A stretch of DNA of 64,000 nt. Origin: Macrostomum lignano (Eukaryota). Positions 35,501 through 48,288 of the stretch are shown here, one piece after another (the first letter of the stretch is position 1; each line of letters begins with the position of its first letter). A program made the position numbers and the translations under genes. Location: contig NIVC01002013.1 in assembly GCA_002269645.1 (NCBI GenBank), positions 1 through 64,000 of the forward strand. The letters are read 5' to 3'. A model generated the notes under the pieces. The model saw nothing but the letters and a program-made list of their open reading frames with translations. It did no database searches and had not been told where the DNA came from.

Positions 35501-38500
35501 AACATGTTACAATCCTTCAATGTAGTCTCCCCCTCTCAAGGCACTTTTGGTGGTGCCGCCGAATCCATGCTTCGAATGCGCCATGGTACTCAGAAGCAGG
35601 TATGGCCTTCAGTTCTGAATTGATGCACTTGGCCAGGTCCTGGCATCGGTGAAAATTCCGTCCTGCCAGCCGTTCAGTCAGCTTGGCGAACACCCAGAAG
35701 TCGCAGGGAGCCAAGTCAGGACTGTAGGGTGGGTGACAGATGGTCTAGATGTTGTTGGCTGCCAGAAAGTTGGTCGTCAGGGCCGCTGTATGACTGGACG
35801 CATTGTCATGGTGCAGGTGAACTCGCCCAGCTTGAAGTCGTGAGCGCATGAAAACGTAGAATCGCCACTGGTCTGGTTGCACTGGCTCCATTTTTTGCAG
35901 AGTGTAAAACACCACCTTGCGTTGGCCACGCGCAAGTATATCACATTTGAGGGAAAAAAGTCATACTCTATGGTTAAAACCAATTTATGTCTGCGATCTC
36001 GTAAAAAAATTTCAACGCTTTGTGATATGTACTTTTGGAGATATTAGGTCAGTTGCCAAAACTTTTTGAATGCCCCTCGTAGTATACGTTCTGGTGCTTT
36101 TCTTTTCTTTACTATTTTCTTTACTTTAGCATTTTTTTCGTACAAATCCTTACAATGCGCCGTATAAATGTCATCTTTATGAATTTACCGTACAAAGCCG
36201 TACAAGAAGGCGCCGTATAATGTCATCTTCATGAACATAACTTCCAAATACTATTTCCAGCTTTAAGCCATAAATATACTGTACCGTTTTGAACCAATTT
36301 AATATATAATAATTTAATATATATAATTTGTAATTATAATTGTAATTTGTAAGTATAATAAATATAATTTAATAAATAATTTGAACCAAGTAATTAATTG
36401 GTGTGCATACTTCATATGAAAAATCGAGCGCCGTTTTGAGCGCGAAACTGCGGCATCCGGTGAGCTAAGCCACTGCATTTCTATTGTATAAGCGCGTCAA
36501 GTCTAAAGATGGGAAATGAGCGAGTAACAGTAGCGAGAGAATGAGCGAGAGAATGAGCGAGTAACAGTAGCGAGAGAATGAGCGAGAGAATGAGCGAGAT
36601 AATGAGCGAGTAACAGTAGCGAGAGAATGAGCGAGAGAATGAGCGAGTAACAGTAGCGAGAGAATGAGCGAGAGAATGAGCGAGATAATGAGCGAGTAAC
36701 AGTAGCGAGAGAATGGGCGAGAGAATGAGCGAGTAACAGTAGCGAGAGAATGAGCGAGAGAATGAGCGAGTAACAGTAGCGAGAGAATGAGCGTGAGAAT
36801 GAGCGAGAGAATGAGCGAGTAACAGTAGCGAGAGAATGAGCGTGAGAATGAGCGAGAGAATGAGCGAGAGAATGAGCGAGAGAATGAGCGAGAGAATGAG
36901 CGAGTAACAGTAGCGAGAGAATGAGCGAGTAACAGTAGCGAGAGAATGAGCGAGAGAATGAGCGAGAGACAATAGCGGGAGAATGAGCGTGAGAATTTTT
37001 ACAAAAAAATGCTTTTAGCGAGTCAGCACCGTGCGAAAATGAGCGAGTGCAGGGACATAAACTCGGTGTATTTTGCACGGTCTTTGAATTTTTTTTGAGC
37101 GCGTTAACTCGCTCTAACTTTTACACGGGAGAAGTCCCTGGCCGGGCGAGGCATGTAATCCGTTGCTGCCGTTAGTGCCCAACAGCCAGGTGACTGCTGA
37201 TAGGCCAACGCGAGAAATCACTCACTTTTCCGCGTACTAAACGCCACTGTATAGTGTGAATCGCTGTTTTACTATGTACTATTATGTATCTGCACGGGCA
37301 TGTATACGTGTCTATAATCCTAACAGACTGCATCTGCTAAGACACCAAAACATTTCAAAAGACGAGTGCTAGCATAATACACACAGGCTAACTGAGCGTG
37401 CCTCTAGCACATGTGGAGCACAGATGCAATTTGCTTTCAGTACATGCCTTCTTCACCAACTAACAACTATTCTCCATGTTTATACCTAAACCTATTCTAA
37501 TCATGTCAGTTGTGTAATTCAGACGGTAATCTCATTGAAATGACTATTAAATATTTTATCGTAAATGCATTGTGCATGTTTTGGTAATTAAAGCCGCACG
37601 CGTACGTGAGCACTAATTGTTAATTTTAACGTATAAGGGTAAATTGTATATAATTTACTTATAGGAGCACTTCGTGGGTTGCACATAGGTCGCTTATTCG
37701 TTTAGTATCATACATGCGCAACAGTCGGCCGAGTCGGCCAATCCGGCCGACTGATTTGGCGGCCAACCAAGGAAGTCGCAAAAATGCCCACCCAAAAAAA
37801 TACTAAAGTAGTAGTACTAAGTAGCTGACGAGGCATTTTGCCTTAATAAAACAGTCATAGTTACTCCTGCCGTTTACCCAAAGTTGCGTTAATTTTGCGT
37901 TTGGGTTTTTTTACATGTAAGTCGCATTTTTGGCCAAAAACTACGTCGCATTTTTGTTAAAACTAAGTCGCATGGCCGACCGAATTTTGAAGGTTGTGCA
38001 TGTATGTTTAGTATACTAGTGTACCGGTATACTAGCACAATGAGTAGCTAGTGATGTACACTTTTTGAAATGTTTTGCGAAGTAAAACTGTTTAGCAGCA
38101 TACATTCCGTTCTCTATTCAAATCTCTCGTAGATACGCAGCAAATACGCAGCTCCAACATCGCGCTTTGAACGACGAGACTGAACTGGCCGAGCTAGCAC
38201 ATCGAGAAAGAGGTGGCTATGACTTCACCGAAATAAAAAAAATACTTTCGGGCATGAAATATGTTCATTGTTCGGCGCCTCTGTCGATCCTGATGCCGTC
38301 GAAATCGACTGTGCAGAGGAGACTACCGGTGGAGATGAGCCGGCTGAACTACAAAGGAGCGGCATAAAAAAGCCCACGGCGTACTACATTCAATAACCTC
38401 TAAGCTCTGGGCAGGCGGAAGAGCTGCAAAAGAGCATGGACGCTGTCCTCGAGTCTCAAGACACACTCTGCATGAGCTGGAATTCCGGCCCAGCAAACAA

Positions 38501-41500
38501 GCAACGATCGGGTGTTTCTCTAACCTACGGCATTTCTTGTGTACGTGGAGGAGCGTCTGGCCGTAGAAAAGGCACTAGAGAAGGCTCTAGCAAAGAAGCA
38601 CAAACTTTCCACTTCGAATAACACCAAGGATAATAAAGCAGCGGAGGCGGCCAAAGCTTGCTTAATCCAAACTGTATTGCGCGCCGCATTTACGACTGAT
38701 GGATTTCGGACGTCCATCGCAAGCGGTCGCCGGAATTCCAACGAAACAGCCGGAGTAGTTCGCTCGGCTAACAACGTCAAACTGGGACTTATGCGGGTGT
38801 ACTGTAATAGCAGTGGCATGTCCATAACGTTAGCCAAAGTTCATCATGCCTTTGGACGCTGTCGAGAGAACCTCATTTTTAATGCCTGGCCTGATGAAGT
38901 CCGCGAGCGCAATGTGTCGCAAGTCAAGGTCAGAAGTTTGGCATTGCGCGAAAGTGGCAACGAACAGCCGCATCAAGCGGAAAATGCCAACCGACGCGCT
39001 GGCATAGACGCTGCCAGATCTCCTCTCGGAGGGAGGTGCAAGAAGAGGCGCGTTGAAGAAATTGCCCCACCACCCAAAGCGATGGCGGTGACGCATTATT
39101 CGACTCCGACGACAATCTCATCGAGGAAGAAGCTGTCGATGCGACGCCCACGTCAACAGCCGAACTAAATCCAACGGATTTATTAGATGCATCAAACGGC
39201 CCTTGTGGACATCGATTAAGGAATGGGAATAATGATCTAATAACGAAATGAAACTGGTATACAGGGATAAAAAGTATACGGACAATCTGCTGGCTTCATT
39301 GATGCTCAATAGGTTGTAGATTGACGGAAGTCTGTACTCTGTGCCAAATATAAAAACTTTGGCTTCCGCCTTAAAGAAAGCTGGAATTCTAATCGCTGTT
39401 CGATCGCGAACAGCTTTTTGGATGGAACCCATCTCTGCAAAAGTATTACACAAAAATTTCTTTCCTTTTAACTGGAGACCTGGATCAAACACTAATCCGT
39501 TCAATTCGCCGGGAAACTGACTCAGATAGACCGTCCGGAACACTTTGTCTTTTGCGGTTCAAAGTTCCGGAAATCTGTGTTCCCCGATCCGGCATTTTCG
39601 CCTGGAACGTTTCTGCTGATCTGGGTCTCAGTTGCAGGAAAAAAGTATGAATGCCCGGGTCATGAACAAAATCCGGATTTCGTTACTCTTTTGGGCTAAT
39701 TCCCTGGATCAAACTACATTACAGAATTGGAAAAATTTCCGGGAAAAGCCCACAACTTTTCTGTGGGTGCCCACAACTCTCCTGCAGCTATATAATACAC
39801 AAAAAAGCTTTTAATTGGTTTCTATTAAAAAAGGATATCTCACCTAGCAAGCAGCACACAAGGCACAGAGGAAATCTGGCCGCAGACCAGCACATCAGAC
39901 GGCTCGCCATATGGTGTGTTGACCGACTTCTCAGAGCGATTTTCTAGAAGGTCAGGGTTGTCCAGGCCAGAGCCACCAATGATTCCAACCTGAAGGGGAA
40001 ATACGAAAATGGGCCGTTACTTGAAAAAACCAAAATTGCCTTACAATTAATAAAAACCCTCTTCTATAGTTAAAATATTATTCTAATATAAGCTTTAATG
40101 CATTGCCTTCGATGATAGCTTGAAGAAGACCCAGGCCCTATTTATTATGTAAGAGCAAAGTTTTAGCCATTTTGTAATAGTACAAAGTATTTTGTAGGAA
40201 GTTTTTATCAAGCTAATAACTTGCATGTTATTGCTAGTCTAGTGTCTAGTATGTCTAGTGTCTAGTATGTCTAGTATGTCTAGAGTTTAGCCATTCCTTG
40301 TCAATATTACCTAAAAACACTAAAATGCTCCTATTCACTCTATTTAGTATTATTTTCTTATCCACCATAGAACACATTGCACTGCAGAAGCTAGGCTTCA
40401 CATTCTGCCAGATAGATTCTTTTAAGTATTCGACTGAGAGCCCAAACTCTATATGTGCCCATACATATAAGTGTGTGTATAATTTTCTATTCATTTATAT
40501 ACCGGCGGTTTAGAAGTTACTATTAGGGCTAAATACTTTTGGAACACCGGATTATTAGAATATTATAAATCAGTTGAAGTTGTCCATTTAGACCTCGAGT
40601 AGACTACATCTAGAGATACATAAAATAATCGCTTAAAATGTAGTCAAAATGTTATGGCAAAATTTATAGCATAATATTTTTTGTAGGGCTTAGTAGGCAT
40701 AATCAATGATAAATGACACTGAAAGTTTTCATCTTCTTGATTTTATTGCAAAATGCAGAATCTGCTAGGTCAAAAATTATATAAAATAAAAAACACTGCA
40801 CTTAGAGACATGGCAGTTATATCTATAATGCTAAAAAACTTATAGAAATGGTGGCCATGTCTATATCTCTGAATACTAACAGTGCATAGGTCTATAATCT
40901 TTGACATGGTGGCACTAGTAGTCCAGTTTTGTTTGAGAATTTATTTTTCTTTTGGATTTGTGCCAGTTCCAATGATTGATAATGCTGAAAACATTTCAAA
41001 GTCATAGTCACATTGGTTGGCAGTATTTTACAAAATTATTTTTCATTTAAATTTGCACCAGTGCTGAGGATTTGAATAGATGATTTGAGCAATAATGCTG
41101 TGACAAAAAAGTCTACCCTGTGAATTATCTATGGCCCAAAGGGGTGATATCTGATAATTGCTAAGTGTGAGAGAATAGCAGAAAGCATTTTTTACTAAGT
41201 CTATTTTTTCTAAAGCAAAAAGTATTTTTATATAACATACAAGCTGTTGAAACCCATGGAATTTGAACCCGGGGAATTCTAATCCCCAGAACTATTTTGC
41301 ATATATTCTAAAATCTGAAGTCATATTCACACAAAAACTCTTATTGATCGTTAGGATAGAGGGAAATATAAAATGGAGTTACATTTGTGTAAAATTAGGA
41401 TTTAAGGCAACCATTGATATAGTTGGCTGGGGTGCTGTGCAGAATGTCAGCAAATGTCTGTCTGACTTTAAAAACTATATTGGCAAACTCTGGCTTCTGC

Positions 41501-44500
41501 CTCTCTCTCTAAGTCCCCTGGATCTTTGAAACTTCCATCTTCTCTTCTGTTTCCTCTCTTCTCTCTCTCCTCTAATCTCTTCTGTTCTTTCTTCTCTCCT
41601 CTCTACTCTCTCCTCTCTTCCCACATCTCTGTTCTCTCTCATCTTTGCTCTATCATCTCTCTTTTCTCTTCTTTTATCTCTGCTCTTTTATCTCTTCTCA
41701 CTTCTCACTTCTCGCTTCTCTCCCATCTCTTTTATCTCATCTATTCTTTCCTCTCTCCTCTCTACTCTTTTCTATCTCCTCTTCTCACTTCTCTGTCCCC
41801 TCTTCTCTCTCTTCTCTTCTCTTCCCTCTCCTCTCTGCTCTCTCAGCTCTCCTTTCTACTCTTTTATCTCTTCTCATTTCACTCTGCTCTCTACTCTCTC
41901 CTCTCGTCTCTGTAATCTCGTCTCCCTTATCTATTCTCTCCCCTCTGTTCTCTCTACTATTTCATCTGTCGTCTGTTCACTCTCGTCTCTGCTCTCTTAT
42001 CTCCCCTCTCTCTTCTGTCATCTTTACTCTCTTATATGTTTTTAACTCTTCTCTGTACTCTTTTCTTCGTTTCTTTTGACTCCTGTCTTTCTTTCTCTTC
42101 TCTTCTCTACCTTCTTCTATACTCTCCCTGTCTTCTTTCTTCTCTTCGCTCTCCACTCCCTCTCTCCTCCTTCATCTCTCATCTCTCCTTTCATTGTTCT
42201 CATCTCTACAAGCTTATTGCTTTTTTCTTCCCTTTACTCTCTCTTTATCTCTCTTTTCTCCTCTTTCCTCTCTCCCTCTTCTCACTCCTCACTCTCCCCG
42301 ATCAACAACTCCCTTTTCTCTCTTATCTCTCATCCCATATTTTCTCTCTACTCTCTGTTTTTATTTCTCATCTCTCCTATCATCTCTCTACTCTCTCCTC
42401 TCTCGTCTCGATCCTATCTCCTCTACTCTTTCTTGTTCTCATTTCTTCTCGCATATCTAATCTGTACTTTCTTTTTGTCATCTCTTCTCTCTGCTCTCTT
42501 CTCTCTTCTCTCTTTTCTCTGGTCTCTAATCTCCCCTTTCTTCTCTCTTATCTCCTCTCTGCTCTCTAATCTCTACTCTCTTCTCTACTTTCTCCTTTTT
42601 ATTTCCCCTCTCATCTCTCTTCTTTCTCCTTCTCATCTCTACCCTCTACTCTCGCTTCTCTTTTCCCGATTTTTCTCTCCCCTATTCTCTCACTTCTCCC
42701 TTCCCCTCTTCTTCCCCTCTCTTTCCTCACACCTCGTCTCTCCTCTTCGTCTTATCTTCTATCTTTTCTCTCATCCCCTATCTCGCCTCTCCTCTCTTTT
42801 TAATCGTCTATTTTTTCCCCTTTTCACTCTCATCTGCCCCTTAGCCATGATCTTGATTCTTTATCTGGCTTTGATCAATTGATCACGTAATATTTCTTGC
42901 CAATTTGCAGCCCTGAAAGGAATTTGTGTATCTTCAGCTTCACTGCAGTCTACATCAGTCTAACAACCAAGGAAATACGAATTTCTTGGGAGGCCATTTA
43001 AATTTTAAAGTACCTTTAAGAGAAACTTAAAATTTCCATGGTGTGACTAATTTAGTGGGGTTGTATTGCATTGCATCGCCTTTTCATAAATATTTCGCTT
43101 TTACAAACCAACCATGCTGGATTGCCTTGATTTGCTAATTGTCATCCACTGTTAAACTGCTGCAGAGTTTGCCTATACAGAGGGCAGTGGTTAGAATTTC
43201 TCACTTAACTGTCATGGCTTAACGTTGCCTCTCCTCCACTCTCGGGCTGCAGAAAAGGCTTTAAATAAAGTTATTCCAAAACACTGTACATTGGCCATTG
43301 CTATGTATCGCCTGACCCTTGTTCTGGCTCTGGGGGAATGAGTGAGTGAGTGACACAAACAACAGAAAAAGCAGACAAACTTCACATGCTTACAGTTTCT
43401 GTTCTGGTTGAGTTACAGAGTTGAAACTTTACATTTAGACAGAGAATAAGTCAATGAAGAATTGTGTCAAGTTTGAAGTCAATCGCTTTATGTGGAGCAA
43501 ACTTATGACAGCTGAAAGTTAGTCAATTTTGAAACCCTTTTACGAGCTATACATCTGGGCCGCGCAGTTCGGGAAAGAGAGGCAGACAGGCAGAGGTTGG
43601 GGTGGCTATCTCGCTGACAAAAAACAGCCTAACTTTAAAAGTGCACAGCACTGTTTGGGATCAACTTTGAGCCTTAAAATTTTACACGATGTGTCAAAAT
43701 AGTTGAAGATTGTTTCTGTCAAATTTGAAGAGGATTGGTAGAAGTGGAGCAGCGCTATGGAGGATTTATTGAAAAATCGCGCATTTTGAGCAGTTTTTAG
43801 CACTTTTAGGTAGGAAAACTCAAATTTAAGAAATTTCAAGGTACACTTGTAGCCTAAGACATTCACCGTAGTGAGTTTAGGGTGGGTGCAAAATTTGATG
43901 TAATTTAGTTGAGCGGTTTGGGAGTCCATAGTGATCAAAATTGTACATAGACACACACACAGACAGTTTTCATTTATATATATTTAGAGTGGAACTCCTC
44001 CTTCGGAGGAGAAAGGGGAAGAACTCTCATCACCGGAATTCCATTCCCTGAAATACATCAGCTGAAATTCCATGATTTGAATCCCATTGTCCAAATCATC
44101 TCCAAATCCTCTGTAAAGCCTTTCAAATACCTGCGCCCTGCGCTCTAATTTTTTACCCTCTTCTTTCTTCTCACTAATTACTCCTCTCTACTCTTTCATC
44201 TCTCATCTCTGATCTTTCATCTCTCTTCTCTCCCTTCTCTCGCTTCTCTCTCCTCTCTACTCCCTTATTTATATCTTTTCCTTTGTCTTTCGTGTCTACT
44301 CTCTCCTGTCTCCTCTCTCCCAGATCTTCTTTCTTATCTCTACCCTCTTCTCTCCTCTCTCATCTCTCATCTCTCTACTCTTTTATCTCTTCTTTTTCTC
44401 TCTCCTCTCTGCTCTCAATTTTCACATCTCCTATATCTGTATGCTCTCACCCTCTCCTTTCGTATCTCATTTTATCTTTCCACCCTCCTTTATTTACTCC

Positions 44501-47500
44501 TTTTTTCCTCTCCTTTCTCCTCTCATCTTAAATCTTCTCCCCTATCTTCTCTCCTATCTTCTCTCCTCTAAACTCAAATCTCTTTCTCTCTTTTTCTCAC
44601 TCATCTCTTTTCCCATTGCATCTGTAATCCCTCCTCTTTCGTATCTACTCTCCTTTCTATCATCTCTCCTCTCGTCTCTGCTCACTCTTCTCTCTACTCT
44701 CTTATCTGACTGACTGAAGGTGCTGAATCCATTGAACTCCTCTTCATGAAATAAAAATCTATCAAAATTCTCTCCATAAAACTGCAGTCCATCAAAATTA
44801 TTTTTGCAAAACAAATCGTTTCTGTGAAACTGAAAACCATCAAAATCCTCTCCATGAAACTAGACTCAATCAAAATTTTTCTCCGTCAAAAAGAACTAAC
44901 TCTCAGGATTCAGTGGTTAAGGTTACTGGTTAGGGTTGGAGCTGCACAGAGCTACCTGTTTAAAGGCGCAGAAATTTCAATAATAGAAAAATTGAACTAA
45001 TTGAAGCAATAGATTGCGCAATCAATTTCTCAGTAAGTCAGTATCAGTCTTAGTTAAAGTTAACAAAATGATTGCGCAATTTAAATTAACTATCCAATAC
45101 ACAGTGACTACCCCCTTCAATACACAGCGGCAAGTAGAAGTTGAACCCCCCAACTTGATCTCTGACCTATCACAAAATTGATTTCTCAGTAAGTCAGTAT
45201 AGGTCTCAGTTAAAGTTAAAAAAATGATTGCGAAATTTAAATTAACTATCCAATACACAGCGACCACCCCTTTCAATACATAGCGGCAAGTAGAAGTTGA
45301 ACCCCCCAACTTGATCTCTGACCTATTGCAAAAAAAAGTACAATCTTTGCAAAAAGTATAGAAATCGTTTTTTGAATGCTGTGCTTTTAGTTTTCATATT
45401 TAAAGCAAACAACTTATATAACTTGGCGTTGCAAGATCTTTCCAGCAATATAAGTCTTTACTCTTAAAGTTTAAAACTCAAGGAACAGTTAGCATTTGAA
45501 ATTTCCCAATTTCCTAACTGCTTGGTACATTGAGACAGAGGCTTGCAAGTTTATTCATTGAATTTTACTGCCCAGCAAGACACAGGGGCTGTGTATTAAA
45601 AGGCGCCAATAATAAAACCAATTGAATCTTGGCAGTCCTATCTGCTTACACTGTACAACAGCTATGTACACTCAGCCCAAGCCCCTGCCTGTTCTGGGGA
45701 ATCATTAAATTTAATTGCATTCCCAACACACGGAGGGGCTTTATTTGCATTGAACGCGGAACACATGCATTCCCCCCCCCAATATACAGCCATTTGCGGG
45801 CAGAGATTGGGGTGGTTTTTTACAAACTGACTATAGCCCCAGGCAGAGTGGCCAAAGAAGGTTCTAGAAGGTTTAAAAAGCAGTTTTCTGCTTTTTAGGA
45901 ATCTTAAAATTTGAAAATTAAAAATTAAAATAGTCTAAAGTCTGATCCAGAAAATTTGCAGTTTTCTTGTATAAGTTTCGATGCTGACTTGCCAGAATTA
46001 TAGGAGTTCACTTGCAACATACATACAGACAGACAAACAACATGTCAGGTTTGGTATAGAAATACACACAAACATCGCGTCAGTTTTAGTATTAGGAGAG
46101 AATATATAGATTTTACTACTGTGACTAAAAATTGATCCATCTCTACCTATAAAAATCAAAACTCTGTCTGTGTGTGTGTGGACAATTTTGATCGCTATGG
46201 ACTCCCAAACCGCTCAACCAAATGACACCAAATTTTACACCCACCCTAAACTCACTACGGAGAATGTCTTAGGCTACCTTTAAATTTCCTAAATTTGAGT
46301 CTTCCTACCTAAAAGTGCAAAAAACTGCTCAAAATGCGCGATTTTTTTACTAAAGCCTCCTTAGCGCCGCTCCACTTCTACCGATCCTCTTCAAATTTGA
46401 CACAATCAATTTTCAACTATTTTGACACAATCGTGTAAAATTTCGAGTCTCAAAGTTAATCCTGAACGGCGCTGTGCACTTTTAAAGTTTGGCTGTTTTT
46501 TTCAGCGAGACAGCCACCCCAACCTCCGCCCGCCTGCCTCTTTCCCGATCTGGGCAAAGGGTGTAAATGGGTTTTAAAATGACTAACTTTCGGCTGCCAT
46601 AAGTTTGCTCCACGTAAAGCGATTGACTTCAAACTTGACACAATTCTTCATTGACTCATTCTCTATCTAAATGTAAAGTTTCAACTCTGTAACTCAACCG
46701 AAAAAGAAACTGTAAGCATGTGAAGTTTGTCTGCTTTTTCTGTTGTTTGCCGCTCATCCAACTCATTCCCCCAGACGAAGGGTCAGGCGATGGGGCTCAA
46801 TGTACATAGCGAGTGTACAGTGTTTTGGAATAACTTTTTAATAGCCTTCTCTGTACCCCCGCGAGTGGAGAGGCGTTGAGAGGAGAGAGTTTAGCGGGAG
46901 ATTTAAACTACTGTCCTCTGTATAAACAAGTCGCAGCATGCAGTTAAACAAGGATGGCAAATCAAGGCGATGTGGGATGGTTTATAAAAATATCTAAAAA
47001 TTAATGAATAACTGATTACAATGCAATCCTACTAAATTGGTTACACCATGAAAATTTTAACATTAAGATTCGCATAAGGTACTTTAAAATTTAACTGGCC
47101 TCCTAAGAAATGCGTATTTCCATGGTTGTTAGACTGCTGCAGACTGTGGTGGTGGAGCTGGAGATATACAAATTTCTCTCAGGGCTGCTAATTGGCAAGA
47201 AAGATGACGTGATTAAAGCATGAGAAATGATAACAACCATGATAGTACTACGTCCCACAAACTGGCTTTCGAAGCAGGGATCAGCAGATTTTTATCTCAA
47301 AGGCCAGATAAAGAATCCAGCTCATAGCTGAGGGGCAGATGAAAGTGGAAAGAAGAAGGAATAGACGATTCGAAGAGAGGAGAGGCGACAGAGGGGATAA
47401 AAAGAAAAGATAAAAGATAATAGGAGAGATGAGGGGGTGAGGACGATGAGAGAGAGGGGGAGAAGAGGGGAGAGAGGAAAAGCGAGAGCAGAGAGTAGAG

Positions 47501-48214
47501 ATGAGAGAGCAGAGAGCTGCAGATGAGAGGAGAGAGGAGACAGCAGAGAGGAAACAGGTGAAAAAAGAGATGAGAGAGTAAAGGGAAGAGAGAAGAGATA
47601 AAGATACATCTCTACATCTCTAAGGTTGTAGAGATGAGAGAGGTGGAAGGAGAGATGAGAAATGAGAGATGAGAGATAAAGGAGAGAGGAGAGTGGAGTG
47701 AGAGAAGAGAGGGAGACAGAGTATAGAAAAGGGAAGAGAAGAGAAAAGAAGAAAGTAGAAAGGAAAGTGGGGAGTCAAAAGAGGGGAAAGAAAAGAGTAC
47801 AGAGGAGAGGGGTGAGAGAACATATAAGACAGAGATGCCAGATTAAAGAGGGGGATGAGAGAGCAGAGACGAGAGTGAACAGATAAAAGATGGAGAGTAG
47901 AGAGAACAGAGGAGAGGTTACAGAGACGAGAGGAGAGAGGAGAGACAAAGGTAGAGAAGTGAGTGAGGAGAGAGGAGAGACAAAGGTAGAGAAGTGAGTG
48001 AGGAGAGAGGAGAGACAAAGGTAGAGAAGTGAGTGAGGAGAGAGGAGAGACAAAGGTAGAGAAGTGAGTGAGGAGAGAGGAGAGACAAAGGTAGAGAAGT
48101 GAGTGAGGAGAGAGGAGAGACAAAGGTAGAGAAGTGAGTGAGGAGAGAGGAGAGGAAAGAGGAGAATGGAGAGGGGAGAGAGTAGAGAGAGGAGAAGAGA
48201 TAAGAGAGAAAGAC

Positions 48215-48288
<74 letters not shown>

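Larger units (their letters stand above)
27645..37129 (+). mobile_element. CACTA/EnSpm (CMC superfamily) DNA transposon, 9,485 bp
   Basis: TIR CCCGTGTAGAAGTCAGAGCGAGT and ACTCGCTCTAACTTTTACACGGG; 3-bp TSD AGA (27642-27644, 37130-37132); inverted subterminal repeat arrays; CMC-type transposase plus a second gene. Confidence 0.9.
23882..37140 (+). mobile_element. THAP/P-superfamily DNA transposon (about 3.77 kb); right TIR interrupted by the CACTA element
   Basis: Left TIR CAGGGACTTCTTAAGCTAGCACCGGGACACACAAGGT (23882-23918). Right TIR rebuilt from 27616-27644 plus 37133-37140 matches 36/37 bp. Subterminal CTGCAAGAT(A/G)AGGCCGGTTTT is also inverted. No clear TSD. Confidence 0.88.
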
